This document shows, in pieces, positions 8,398 to 18,126 of a stretch of DNA of 35,442 bases (position 1 is its first letter; the number at the start of each line of letters is the position of its first letter). Location of the stretch: the UHGV virus genome UHGV-0072042; one strand, written 5' to 3'. A program made the translations under genes and the position numbers. The notes below the pieces were generated by a model. It saw only the letters and a program-made list of their open reading frames with translations. It was not told the origin of the DNA and searched no databases. The DNA is from a virus.

Positions 8398-11130
8398 TTA
8401 GAAATCGATGTAGTCTCTTGCATTATGGAAATGACCAGAAGAAGATGGATAAAATTCATCCATAAATTGGAAATGAAGATGTTCTCCAGTTGATGGTCCT
8501 GTTGTCCCCATCAGCCCAATTTGCTGACCAGCAGTTACTTTTTGACCTTTTGCAACATCCACACGGCTTTGATGTGCATAGCCTGTATACATTCCATCAG
8601 CGTGTTTGATCACTGTCCAATTTCCATACCAGTCAAAGTAATTTGCATCACCTGCAACAATCACTTCGCCGTCTGCTGATGCAAAAATAGGTGTATTAGG
8701 ATTTCCATTTACAAGGTCAATACCGTTATGAAATTCTTGCGCGCCTGTAATTGGAGAAGTGCGCCAGCCAAATTCGCTCGTCACTGTGATTGGATCCGCA
8801 ATTGGTTTTATATACCCTTTCGATGCAGGAATTTCTAAATCTTTGAACTTGTCATACCATTCTTGTGCCCATGTCGTCCGTTCTGGATGTGGATCACGTG
8901 GACGTTCAAAGTTAGCCACGAATGCTTGTGCTGCTGTGTTGATATCGGTCAGATTCATGAATTGTGTCCATGTGTAAGGATAAGCGCTAGTTGCGATCCA
9001 TTGACCATTTGGTGCATGCCACATCAACAATTTGAACTGCGCCGTGATCGTGTCTGGATCATCATTGATGCCAGCCTTTGTCATTAAATTGATCATGTAG
9101 ACACGTCCGCTAGTTGCGCCAGAAGAATCGGTCCATTGCCATACACCATAACCAAACCCAGGTGCGCCATTACCCTCATCGGCGGTTGGATTAGCATCTG
9201 ATTCTCCTTGAGCATTTCCAAGTAAGGCTGCAGCAGCTTGTTTAGTAAAGCCTGCACCTATAGCCATTGCCCAAATCTGCCAATAACGTTTATCCCGATC
9301 AGTAGTCACTTCTGGTGGATATTGTCCATTCCACCCGTTGTCGTTTCCTCCAGTATTGTCACCACCGTTTGTATCGATTTTAACGCCGTTCACATATAAT
9401 TCTTTGACATCTAGACGGCCATCTATGGTTATATTTCCTTCTGAAAATTTACCATCACCGTAAAGATTATATTTGCGCTTATCAGCAGTAACGTCTGCTG
9501 GAATTTGAAAAACAGGATTCCCTCGATCGCCGCCGTCCCCAGCGTTAATGGAAAAAATATAGTTTGGTTCTTTCCATACAGCAAACCCATTTATTTTTCC
9601 ACCTCCATAAGTTGCTACGATGGATCCAAGCGATTCTCCGTGAACATCGTCAAGCCCAGTTGAAATGACCTTTTTTTCAAAAGAAAGTTGTCCTCCTTCT
9701 GCCACTAATTGGAAATCTTTATCATCCAATGTCTTTAAAGCTACCCCTTGCACGAGAATACCTGAAAGAATTCCTGCTTTAATAAAATCAGCAACTATCT
9801 CTCCTTTAGAAGTCATTGCAATACCAAAGGGACCATTTACTCCATTATCTGAATATCCTAGACCGTTTAAATTCCAGCGCCACACACGCTTCGCATTCGC
9901 TACATTTGGAGTATCCATGATAAGAATCTCTGATGGAGCTTTTTCTGGACGAAAAACGACATGTCCGCCGGAATTGCCTGTGATCCATGCCGTTGCGTTC
10001 AACACATTTTGAACTAATGTTTCTGTTCGATTGTCAATTTTCTTTTTCAATTCTTGTGCTTGTGTATTTACTGTTGAAGTGTACAACGATAAATCATTAC
10101 CTAAAATAATATCCTTATATTTTCCAAGTGTTGGGAAATAAGTGTATTCGACCATACGCTCTTTTATCTCGATATCTAGCTCTTTCGCCCTCACATGAGC
10201 GACATCACCAAAGTGCAAAGACGCTAGCTCTTGATACATCTCACCGTATTCGAGTGTGTGTTCCAATGCCACCATACTGACTGTATGAGTAGCTTTTGGC
10301 TCATGGATACGATCATTGTCAAATAAGGTTTTGCCCCATTTGATCAATTCATCAACTGTTTTACAATCTCCGTTTTCACGTTTGGCAATACGTCGATTCT
10401 CGTTGGTTACTCCATCAATTTCTAAATAACCATATTCGATAGGTTCTTTGTCTTCATCATAATCGTTATCAGGAACACCGCCAACCAAATACAAACTATT
10501 GACAATTGATTCTTCATCAATTTCTTCTTCGATTGCTTCTAAATTGATGCCAAAATCAATCCGAAAACCATTATCTGATCCAATCTGTTTTACCAGTTTC
10601 AAATCATAGTTATCCATATCAAGTTCCGCGCTAGTCACGCCAGTCAAATTTTGATTACCGTTGTTTGAACCAATGATTGCTTCAACTGGCGCGACTTGTC
10701 TTGCTGTAAATTGGTGCGTTGTCCCTACATTCGAAAGATAGTTAAATTTTTGATCAAATGCCAAACTGTTTTTAAGATTGGTCATGATCTGAGACCCATT
10801 GCCGTTATCCGTAAACGACTTGACAATAAAGTTCTTATTGGCCATAAAACCAATATGCCGAGCTGTTACAGAAACGGAGGTCAAATTCTTTTTGACATTA
10901 TAAATTTCAAAATATTGCCACGAACCATCCGGCACCTTCGCTTTTATAAAATTTCCTTTTTTTAAATAAGAGCGATACTGTCCGCTTCTTGAATAGTTAC
11001 CATAAAAACGATATTGGCCATTCAGCACACGATTGATTTCTGGCAAATCTTCCCAATCAACTAATGACGCTCCGTTAACACTCAAATCATCTGGCATTTT
11101 TTTGTAAGCATAAATAAATTCTTGCGTCAC
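8398..11130 (-). CDS. Tail-associated lysin (Tal): N-terminal tail-tip domain, internal lysozyme-like domain, C-terminal M23 (LytM) peptidase.
   Basis: M23 signature HNGIDLV...DGEV...GNWTVIKHADGMYTGYAH...GEHLHFQF. Lysozyme-like block GAGFTKQAAAALLGNAQGESDANP...GFGYGVWQWTD. Follows Dit and TMP. Confidence 0.85.
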   Translation of the reverse strand: MTQEFIYAYKKMPDDLSVNGASLVDWEDLPEINRVLNGQYRFYGNYSRSGQYRSYLKKGNFIKAKVPDGSWQYFEIYNVKKNLTSVSVTARHIGFMANKNFIVKSFTDNGNGSQIMTNLKNSLAFDQKFNYLSNVGTTHQFTARQVAPVEAIIGSNNGNQNLTGVTSAELDMDNYDLKLVKQIGSDNGFRIDFGINLEAIEEEIDEESIVNSLYLVGGVPDNDYDEDKEPIEYGYLEIDGVTNENRRIAKRENGDCKTVDELIKWGKTLFDNDRIHEPKATHTVSMVALEHTLEYGEMYQELASLHFGDVAHVRAKELDIEIKERMVEYTYFPTLGKYKDIILGNDLSLYTSTVNTQAQELKKKIDNRTETLVQNVLNATAWITGNSGGHVVFRPEKAPSEILIMDTPNVANAKRVWRWNLNGLGYSDNGVNGPFGIAMTSKGEIVADFIKAGILSGILVQGVALKTLDDKDFQLVAEGGQLSFEKKVISTGLDDVHGESLGSIVATYGGGKINGFAVWKEPNYIFSINAGDGGDRGNPVFQIPADVTADKRKYNLYGDGKFSEGNITIDGRLDVKELYVNGVKIDTNGGDNTGGNDNGWNGQYPPEVTTDRDKRYWQIWAMAIGAGFTKQAAAALLGNAQGESDANPTADEGNGAPGFGYGVWQWTDSSGATSGRVYMINLMTKAGINDDPDTITAQFKLLMWHAPNGQWIATSAYPYTWTQFMNLTDINTAAQAFVANFERPRDPHPERTTWAQEWYDKFKDLEIPASKGYIKPIADPITVTSEFGWRTSPITGAQEFHNGIDLVNGNPNTPIFASADGEVIVAGDANYFDWYGNWTVIKHADGMYTGYAHQSRVDVAKGQKVTAGQQIGLMGTTGPSTGEHLHFQFMDEFYPSSSGHFHNARDYIDF

Positions 11131-11846
11131 AGATATACACTCCTATTCCAAAACCGCACTTCTTTAAATTTTCCGGATATTTTTACCTGATTCCATTCAG
11201 GCTGCAATACTGGCCAATCACCACGCGTAAATAAATTCAAACCTTCTTGTATTGCTTTTCCAAGCTGAGTATCAACCACGATTGTTGCAGCTAACGTATT
11301 AAGTATTGTTAGGCTTTTATCACCGACAGCGATCGTTATATCTCCTCCGTTCGATTCTATTTCCAGATAGGGATGTGCAATTTCGTCACCATGATCAAAA
11401 ATATCCATAACACTAGAATGAAAAATTTTAGGCGCTTCACCGATTTTTCTTTTGAGTGGCTGACAACGAAAAGTAACATCGAATGTATAAAAGAAGCCCC
11501 ACTCGTTTTCGAAAGGGACTTCTTTATCCATGCTGCAGATAGCCTCTAGATACTTGTCTGGATCATTATGTGTGATTAATTGGCTTTTACCAGTGAGCCA
11601 TCGTTTGACTTCTCTCAGTTTCGAATGTGGAATAGTGATCCCTTCTATTTCCAAATCAAAAGGTTCATAGTCATCAAACGTCTCCGTCAATTCTCCGCTT
11701 CGGCCCTGAATCGTGTAAGTTTCGTATCGCTTGTTCGGCATAATATCTGGAAGCTCTGCCTCAATGATGCAATTCATATCAATTACTGCATTCCGATTTT
11801 TCCAAATAAAATTTGGTTCATCTGGATTCATAAATTGTCGACTCAA
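11127..11846 (-). CDS. Distal tail protein (Dit, siphovirus tail family protein).
   Basis: Size 239 aa. Position immediately after TMP and before Tal. Confidence 0.65.
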   Translation of the reverse strand: MSRQFMNPDEPNFIWKNRNAVIDMNCIIEAELPDIMPNKRYETYTIQGRSGELTETFDDYEPFDLEIEGITIPHSKLREVKRWLTGKSQLITHNDPDKYLEAICSMDKEVPFENEWGFFYTFDVTFRCQPLKRKIGEAPKIFHSSVMDIFDHGDEIAHPYLEIESNGGDITIAVGDKSLTILNTLAATIVVDTQLGKAIQEGLNLFTRGDWPVLQPEWNQVKISGKFKEVRFWNRSVYL

Positions 11847-14152
11847 ATAGGAACACCTCCCAAATCACGAATAGCCTGTTTGTTTGCTTTAGCAAATTTA
11901 CGATTCATACGATCTAACTCAGATGGATTGTTTGCATCGACTTTGCCAATGTGTATATGCTGTTCAATGCTACCTCCGGAAACTCTTCCACTGATCCCTT
12001 TGCGTTTTTCTTCGTCTGATAATGGAGTAACTGTGGTTTTACCATTCTTGGCAGTCAGTAACTCAGGTCCAGCTTCACCAACAATTGCTTGCCCATTGAT
12101 TAGATGACCACCTTGTGCTAAATAAGGGATTTTTGATATAGAGAATGACTTGCCACCTATGCCGGGTATCCATTTTGGTATCTTTATATTATTCAATCCA
12201 CCAATAAATCCATTGATCAATCCAATCATGGCATTAATAGGAGCTTTCCCTACAGCAACAATACCATCAAAAATACCTCCAAAAATATCAACTAGACCTT
12301 GCCATGCTTTTGACCAATTCCCTGTAAATACTCCAGTGATAAAATCTAGAAAACCACTGAAAATTCGTTTTCCAGCATTATAAAAATTATTGAAATTTGC
12401 TATAACACCATCGAAAAATCCACCAAAATAACCACTTAAAAAATTAAATATTTCAACAGCTACATCTGAAACACCTTTGAAGAAAGAATTCACTCCATCA
12501 TGAAACCATTTAACGTTATTATATGCCCAAATTAGTCCAGTAACTAATGCGCCAATAGCTATAACTGCTAATGCAAACCAGCCTCCCGACATTCCAAATA
12601 AACCAGCAAGTCCTTGCCAAACTCCTATAAAACTTTTAACTCCCCCAACGATTTTTGTAACAGATCCCATAAGTGAACCAAGAACGATTAGTACTGGTCC
12701 AACTGCTGCCGCTATACCAGCAATTGTTATGATCCAATTCTTTGTATCTTGATCTAGAGACCCCCACCATTTAGAGAATTCCTGTAATAAGGAAGTTGCT
12801 TTTTCAAAAAAAGGCAAAAGGCTTACTTGGACTGCTTCACCTACGTCAGCCATTGCGAGTTTTGCATTGTTCATAGCTTGATCGGCTTGATCAATTGGGT
12901 CGAGAGTAGCATCGAATGTGTCTCCTACAGCTCCCCCACTTTCTCCAGCAGTTTTTGCTAAATCTTCCAGGTTCAAAGTACCTCTACGAATTGCATCGGC
13001 CATTCTAGGACCGCCTTTAGTCCCGAATACTTCTGCTGCTGCATTGATGGCTTCTGTTTCAGAACCTGCATTTTTTACCTTGTCTTGTAGTTCTTCTAGT
13101 CCTTGACTTAAAGATTTTCCGTCTTTCGCATAAGCCACTGTTGCTTTAGATAAACTACTTAAAGCTGCACTTGAGTCAACACCGCTTTGTTCAAATTGTC
13201 CAAGCAAAGTGACTCCTTCTCCGAAGCTCAATCCTAATTGTTTAATTTGAGGTGCGCCATCAATTGCTTTTTGCATCAAGTCGTCTACAGATTGACCAGT
13301 ATTCTGCGATGTTTTCGTTGTTACATCAAGGACAGAATTCAAGTCATCATATTCTAGTCCATAAGCATCAAGAGCTTGTCGAGCAGATATTGCTGATTGC
13401 GAAACATCTGTATCATTGATTTCAGCGTACTGTAGGAGATAATTGGTTGAATCTTCCAGTTTTTTATCCATGAATCCAAATTGTGTATTTACCTCACCAA
13501 TAGCTTCCCCAACCGTTTGTAAAGGTAAATGAGTATTTGAACCAACATTTTTGAAGGATTGAGAAAGCCTATCTGCTTGCTCGCCTGTCGCTCCTGTTTT
13601 AGTGATGATAGTATCGAGAGCTTCGTCAACTTCACCAAATGCTGCAAGTCCTGCTGCTCCTACCGCTACAATAGGCGCGGTTACTCCAACAGACATTTTT
13701 TCACCAACGCCTTTTACTTTCTCACCTGTTTCTTCGATTTTCTGGAGTTTTTTTGCTGTATCAACAGAAACGTCACCTTGTTCTTTAAGTGCATCGTTCG
13801 TCTGTTCTAATGCTGTACGAAGTTTATTTTCTCCGGTTTCAGAATTGAGTAATTGTTTATAAAGTTTTTCTGATTCAGCAGAATATTCACCGGTTTCTTT
13901 GACAGATTTTTCATATTCCTCTCTCAGCATTTGAGATCGTTGTTCAGCCAATCCTAATTGTTTTTCTAACTTTTGTTTAGCCGCTCGCAATTTTTCTGTT
14001 TGAGTTGCATCCTTGTCCATCGCAGACACTTGGTTTTTGTACTCGGCAGCGGCTAAGTTCATTTCTTTGTTGATTTCTTTGATTGTTTTCGAATAACTGA
14101 CTTCGCCATTCGTTTTAAAATTAAGAACGACATCAGATTCTTTACCAGCCAT
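11843..14152 (-). CDS. Tail tape measure protein.
   Basis: 769 aa. N-terminal coiled coil, central Gly-rich hydrophobic block (GIAAAVGPVLIVLGSLMGSV...), FxGxxxG-type repeats. Follows G/GT. Confidence 0.9.
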   Translation of the reverse strand: MAGKESDVVLNFKTNGEVSYSKTIKEINKEMNLAAAEYKNQVSAMDKDATQTEKLRAAKQKLEKQLGLAEQRSQMLREEYEKSVKETGEYSAESEKLYKQLLNSETGENKLRTALEQTNDALKEQGDVSVDTAKKLQKIEETGEKVKGVGEKMSVGVTAPIVAVGAAGLAAFGEVDEALDTIITKTGATGEQADRLSQSFKNVGSNTHLPLQTVGEAIGEVNTQFGFMDKKLEDSTNYLLQYAEINDTDVSQSAISARQALDAYGLEYDDLNSVLDVTTKTSQNTGQSVDDLMQKAIDGAPQIKQLGLSFGEGVTLLGQFEQSGVDSSAALSSLSKATVAYAKDGKSLSQGLEELQDKVKNAGSETEAINAAAEVFGTKGGPRMADAIRRGTLNLEDLAKTAGESGGAVGDTFDATLDPIDQADQAMNNAKLAMADVGEAVQVSLLPFFEKATSLLQEFSKWWGSLDQDTKNWIITIAGIAAAVGPVLIVLGSLMGSVTKIVGGVKSFIGVWQGLAGLFGMSGGWFALAVIAIGALVTGLIWAYNNVKWFHDGVNSFFKGVSDVAVEIFNFLSGYFGGFFDGVIANFNNFYNAGKRIFSGFLDFITGVFTGNWSKAWQGLVDIFGGIFDGIVAVGKAPINAMIGLINGFIGGLNNIKIPKWIPGIGGKSFSISKIPYLAQGGHLINGQAIVGEAGPELLTAKNGKTTVTPLSDEEKRKGISGRVSGGSIEQHIHIGKVDANNPSELDRMNRKFAKANKQAIRDLGGVPI

Positions 14153-14170
14153 TTATCTTAGCGCTCCTTT

Positions 14171-14811
14171 CTACCACCAAGGCGATTTATCCATAGTTAC
14201 AGATTGAGGTGGTTCAAAATCGGTGTTTTGTTGTAACCACTGTAAATAAGATTTGAGCCACAAGTTAGGTGTAGACTTCAAAAAGAAACTCTCACTCCAA
14301 TTCAATAGAGTGAGAGCAACGTAAATATAAAAACTCCAAGGAGTTCCTATCTCTTCCGATTCTTTTTGTTTACCTTTCTTTTTGCTTGTGTTTTTTGAAA
14401 GTCTTGTGGCTTCTTGGATTTTTTTAGGTCTTCCACCTGAAATGTCTGGCTAGCAAAAATTTCCATACAGGTACTATAAGCAGACAACACCTCTCCACTC
14501 ATTCCCAAAAATTTGAAAATAGTTTCTGGATCTTCATCTAAACCACCAGTACGCAGCATGGCATAAATTAAGGCGCGCATGATTTTTAGGTCACTAGGCG
14601 ATAAGTTAGCAGAAGAAATTTGTCCTTCTTTTTTAGATAGCATGGCGTTCATATCAGATTCAAATTGCGAATAATCTCCACCATACACATCTGCTATAAA
14701 TTCCATCGTTTGCATAGTAAATGAGATAGGAAACTCTGCTCCTTGAATCGCAACAACAGCAGAATTTTTTAAATCTTCAACATGAATTCCGTAATCAGAT
14801 AATCGAGCCAT
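14171..14811 (-). CDS. Tail assembly chaperone GT fusion, made by -1 programmed ribosomal frameshift at A_AAA_AAA (T7 at 14419-14425 on +).
   Basis: From the slippery heptamer cta-aaa-aaa, the -1 frame stays open for 88 codons with no stop (IQEATRLSKNTSKKKGKQKESEEIGTPWSFYIYVALTLLNWSESFFLKSTPNLWLKSYLQWLQQNTDFEPPQSVTMDKSPWW) and ends at TAG 14171-14173, 19 nt before the TMP ATG. It fills the otherwise non-coding 195-bp gap. Confidence 0.65.
14347..14811 (-). CDS. Tail assembly chaperone G (frame-0 product).
   Basis: 154 aa, acidic, Lys-rich C-terminus. Lies between the major tail protein and TMP. Confidence 0.75.
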   Translation of the reverse strand: MARLSDYGIHVEDLKNSAVVAIQGAEFPISFTMQTMEFIADVYGGDYSQFESDMNAMLSKKEGQISSANLSPSDLKIMRALIYAMLRTGGLDEDPETIFKFLGMSGEVLSAYSTCMEIFASQTFQVEDLKKSKKPQDFQKTQAKRKVNKKNRKR

Positions 14812-15461
14812 TATTCACCACCACCTGTTCCTTCTGTTTGTGGTGTAGTTGCTTTGGACAATGTTTCCCACTGTTCTTCGTCATAAACAGGTTGCTTAAT
14901 GAATTTTTCGAATAGATCCATCGTAGCTTCTTCTCTGTTCGAATCAAAACTTGCATACATCACATTATTGTATTTCAGTCCGATGGAAACCAGATTTGCA
15001 GTTACATCATCAATTTTTGTTTCTTCCTCTGCAGTGGCATACTCTTCGTCAATCACATTGGATAGTTGTGTATTAGGATACCAAACTGCTTTTTTACCGC
15101 CATTTTCAATATTTCCAATAAATCCAAAGGCGAAGTACGGAAATTCTCGTGCGGTATTTTTGCTAAACGTTACTCCGCTTTTAGCAACTAATCCTTTGAT
15201 TTCATCCATCACTTCTATCGGAATACCCACGTGATCCAACGCAAGTTCATGTTTTGTTTCTCGCGACACACGACGAAACATTTTGCTGGATGCCCATTTT
15301 TCTAATGCTGTTCCATTCCCTTTGACACCGATTTTTGTGGCAATTGGCAATCGTACAACTTCACTATAAGTCGGTGCAGTTCCAACAGAATCTGGCGTTG
15401 CCATCATCGCAATTAAAATGTCGTCCAATCCTTCAAAATAAAAAGTATCTCGTTTTCCCAA
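14811..15461 (-). CDS. Major tail protein.
   Basis: 216 aa, directly upstream of G/GT. Order is conserved in siphoviruses. Confidence 0.7.
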   Translation of the reverse strand: MGKRDTFYFEGLDDILIAMMATPDSVGTAPTYSEVVRLPIATKIGVKGNGTALEKWASSKMFRRVSRETKHELALDHVGIPIEVMDEIKGLVAKSGVTFSKNTAREFPYFAFGFIGNIENGGKKAVWYPNTQLSNVIDEEYATAEEETKIDDVTANLVSIGLKYNNVMYASFDSNREEATMDLFEKFIKQPVYDEEQWETLSKATTPQTEGTGGGE

Positions 15462-15467
15462 TTAAAA

Positions 15468-15842
15468 TCACCCTTCCCATAAATCAAGTATTTTTCTAGT
15501 CATAATTTCTTCAATTTTTTCTTTGTTTTGTTCATACGTACCACTTGCAAAATGTTGGGCACGTTGATTTGTTGTGCCATTTTCGGCAAAGCGCCAGTAA
15601 AAAGCGGTGCCATCGAATTGAACTTTTACTTGATCGTTTTCAACGACTACTTTTATTTGATCGCGCATATGTTTCTTTTTTAAGAGCGACTTAGGAATAT
15701 TAGGAAGCAACTGCTTTAGATAAAAGTTAGCTGCTTCTTCTAAAGATTCCAACGATAATTTTTTCGGATCAACTTTTGAAAGGTTTCCTAAATAATCCGA
15801 TATTTCAGAAAAACCATTCTTATTACTTGGCATTTTCCACAC
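15468..15842 (-). CDS. Tail completion / head-tail joining protein.
   Basis: Size 124 aa and position. No clear motif. Confidence 0.5.
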   Translation of the reverse strand: MWKMPSNKNGFSEISDYLGNLSKVDPKKLSLESLEEAANFYLKQLLPNIPKSLLKKKHMRDQIKVVVENDQVKVQFDGTAFYWRFAENGTTNQRAQHFASGTYEQNKEKIEEIMTRKILDLWEG

Positions 15843-16161
15843 ACCTCACATATGTGTAATAGTTGGTCACGGTATCGTCATTCTCATCACCTTGTATACC
15901 TGTAAAGTCTGAATATGGAATGCCAGCATTTTGCAGCGCTTGTTCAATAACAACTAAATCCTGTTCTGTTCCAAGTGTAAAAAAAGAGACTTGGTAATAA
16001 GGTAATTTTTTATAGACTTTACCAGATGCCATTTTTTTGCTGTTACTCACATTTGAGTACACAATGTATGGATACATCGTCCCTAATCTGGCTTTGTCTC
16101 TGAACACTGGTAACTTTGTTGATTTCAGCGCTGTTTTCAATTCATCAAAGCTAATCGACAT
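15823..16161 (-). CDS. Head-tail joining protein (HK97 gp10-like position).
   Basis: Position and size (112 aa). Confidence 0.5.
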   Translation of the reverse strand: MSISFDELKTALKSTKLPVFRDKARLGTMYPYIVYSNVSNSKKMASGKVYKKLPYYQVSFFTLGTEQDLVVIEQALQNAGIPYSDFTGIQGDENDDTVTNYYTYVRCVENAK

Positions 16162-16477
16162 AAGCTAAACTCAACTCCATTTCTCTTGCATCGGGATTCG
16201 TATAAATGCGAGTAATGTTATACGTTACAGAATCAATTTTGAGCGCACTTAATTTCTCTGTGATGGATTTATCCCATCTGACCTTAATTCGTCTGACAAC
16301 GTCTGTCTTGGCTTGCTGTGACAAATATTTTTCTTGAGAAGTCACACCAAGTTCTTCATAGAAAATTGGACGTCTATACTCATATAACGTAGTCGGACGA
16401 TCGTTTTCGTCTGTTCCTGTTTTAATGTCTAGCAACTCAGCTTTCCATCTGAGATTATTCATCTGCCGCTTCGGCAT
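16151..16477 (-). CDS. Head closure / head-tail adaptor protein.
   Basis: Position and size (108 aa). Confidence 0.5.
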   Translation of the reverse strand: MPKRQMNNLRWKAELLDIKTGTDENDRPTTLYEYRRPIFYEELGVTSQEKYLSQQAKTDVVRRIKVRWDKSITEKLSALKIDSVTYNITRIYTNPDAREMELSLAYVD

Positions 16478-16736
16478 TTTGGATCACTCCTTGCACGATA
16501 AATGGCGTAATGGCACTTAAAGCTTTATCTAACTCGTCTTCTGATACACGATATTCATAAGCAATTCCCGCCACCATTAAAATCAAATACTCTTGTTGAC
16601 CGCCAGTTGCTGTTTCAACATAATTCTTCGCCATGTCCAAATAAAAAGAGAGCAAAGAATCATCCATGCCCTCTTCAAAATGAATATGTGATTTGAATTT
16701 TTCCTCTAAAGACAATTCTTTAGTTTGCTCTTCCAT
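16455..16736 (-). CDS. Head-tail connector (gp6-like DNA-packaging protein).
   Basis: Internal ATG at 16736 gives an ATGA overlap with the capsid stop; the track start at 16811 would overlap the capsid gene by 74 nt. Confidence 0.55.
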   Translation of the reverse strand: MEEQTKELSLEEKFKSHIHFEEGMDDSLLSFYLDMAKNYVETATGGQQEYLILMVAGIAYEYRVSEDELDKALSAITPFIVQGVIQNAEAADE

Positions 16737-16737
16737 C

Positions 16738-18114
16738 TTAACCACCAACTGGTTTTGTAATTTCGTAGCGATATACTGCCGGTTCAAATGGAGAATAAAC
16801 CAATTGACCATCTAGCAAGTTGTAAATTTGGAATCCAATTTGATTTTTACCAGAGAATTTTTCAACAAGTTTTTGAATTTCCAAGGCACCAATAACTTCT
16901 TGAATTTTGAACGCAGAAAAATCACCAAAATATAAGATTGGCGTATCTGGTTCGCCTTTTTTATCTGCTGCATCTGTCCAATCCACAGGATAGCCAACTA
17001 ATTGGTAACCTATTCCACCTTCTGCTTGTGTAAATGGACGCAACAAAGGAAATCCATCATCTGTTTTCATTTTTTCAATAGCAGTCAAAGCAGCTCGATT
17101 AATAATAAAGCGTCCCTTTTTCATCACTTCTGTCACTGGTGTATTTTTAAATTCGATTAATGCATCATATAATTTTTGCCCAGCACCTGCAGCAGTTAGA
17201 TCTAAAGGTTTTTCAAATGCTACAGCCTTTTTGGCTAATGCACCAGGATTTTCATTTCCAGTGTCATCACCATTGAACATATAATTGATTTCTTTACGCA
17301 CATAAGCTTTTTTCAATTCTTCCACAACAATATCTTCAACTGGAACACCAGACATTTTTAGTAATTTTTTAGTTACTGTTGCCAAAGCATCGAATTCGGC
17401 AGGATCAAGCAAAATTTCATCAAACTGAATAGCTGTTTCAGCAATATCAGTTGAACGCTCTTTCTTGTTTACATTCGCATCTGCTTTCTTCACAAGAATT
17501 GGATATTTGACATCTCCTGATGTTCGCACCACTGTTCCGTATTTACGAAGTAAATTTTCTTCTTGAGCATAAGTAATAACTTCAGATGCAATTACTTCTG
17601 GGACAGTAACTGAACCGTTGCCAGCTTCAATCCCTAAAGCTCGAGCTTCTGCTTCAGAAATATTTCCAACTACAAAATTAGCAAATGCTTTTCGTAGTTG
17701 TTGATCTTTTTGTTTATTGGTCATTTTTGTACGTGCCTCCAATCCGTTCTTAATTGATCCAAGTAACCCATCTCGTTGCTGTTGAGTAATCATTCCAGAA
17801 CGATTTTCTGAATCATCGTTATCCCCATCGTCCCCTTCATCACCTTCATCACCTTCACCTGAACGATTTTCATCGCTTCCAGTCGAGCCGTCTGATCCAC
17901 CTGTTCCTTCGTCAGCATCTGAACCTTCATCTGATCCATCGGCTTCACTTAGTTCACTTTTGATTCCGTTCAATTCATCAACAACGGCATCAATTTCTTT
18001 TGTAATAGCTTCTAAATCAGCTTCGCGTAATTCCCCTGATTCAACTTTTTCACGTAATTCAGTCAATCGTTGTTCACGACGTGCCTTCATTTTTTTCAAT
18101 AATTCTGTATCCAT
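16738..18114 (-). CDS. Major capsid protein (HK97 fold) with N-terminal coiled-coil scaffold/delta domain and an acidic low-complexity linker.
   Basis: Directly follows the prohead protease with no separate scaffold gene. Coiled-coil N-terminus (LTELREKVESGELREADLEAITKEIDAVVDELNG), then a D/E/G/S-rich stretch (SDADEGTGGSDGSTGSDENRSGEGDEGDEGDDGDNDDSENRSG), then a capsid body of about 330 aa. Confidence 0.85.
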   Translation of the reverse strand: MDTELLKKMKARREQRLTELREKVESGELREADLEAITKEIDAVVDELNGIKSELSEADGSDEGSDADEGTGGSDGSTGSDENRSGEGDEGDEGDDGDNDDSENRSGMITQQQRDGLLGSIKNGLEARTKMTNKQKDQQLRKAFANFVVGNISEAEARALGIEAGNGSVTVPEVIASEVITYAQEENLLRKYGTVVRTSGDVKYPILVKKADANVNKKERSTDIAETAIQFDEILLDPAEFDALATVTKKLLKMSGVPVEDIVVEELKKAYVRKEINYMFNGDDTGNENPGALAKKAVAFEKPLDLTAAGAGQKLYDALIEFKNTPVTEVMKKGRFIINRAALTAIEKMKTDDGFPLLRPFTQAEGGIGYQLVGYPVDWTDAADKKGEPDTPILYFGDFSAFKIQEVIGALEIQKLVEKFSGKNQIGFQIYNLLDGQLVYSPFEPAVYRYEITKPVGG

Positions 18115-18126
18115 GTATTTTTCCTC

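Noticed and set aside
9665-12107. Several + strand ORFs (for example 9665..10012 and 11580..12107) inside minus-strand tail genes
   Set aside because: Antisense shadow ORFs within well-supported structural genes, with no RBS and low-complexity products. The same applies to 30407..30823, 25917..26324, 29399..29662 and 23891..24091.
14289-14345. Hairpins downstream of the G/GT slippery site as frameshift stimulators
   Set aside because: They lie 75 nt or more downstream of the heptamer, too far for a canonical stimulatory structure. Likely incidental, or weak internal attenuators.
17800-17960. Tandem 9-nt repeats as a CRISPR or satellite
   Set aside because: In frame within the capsid gene, encoding the GDEGDEGD acidic linker. 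Too short and too few for a CRISPR array.
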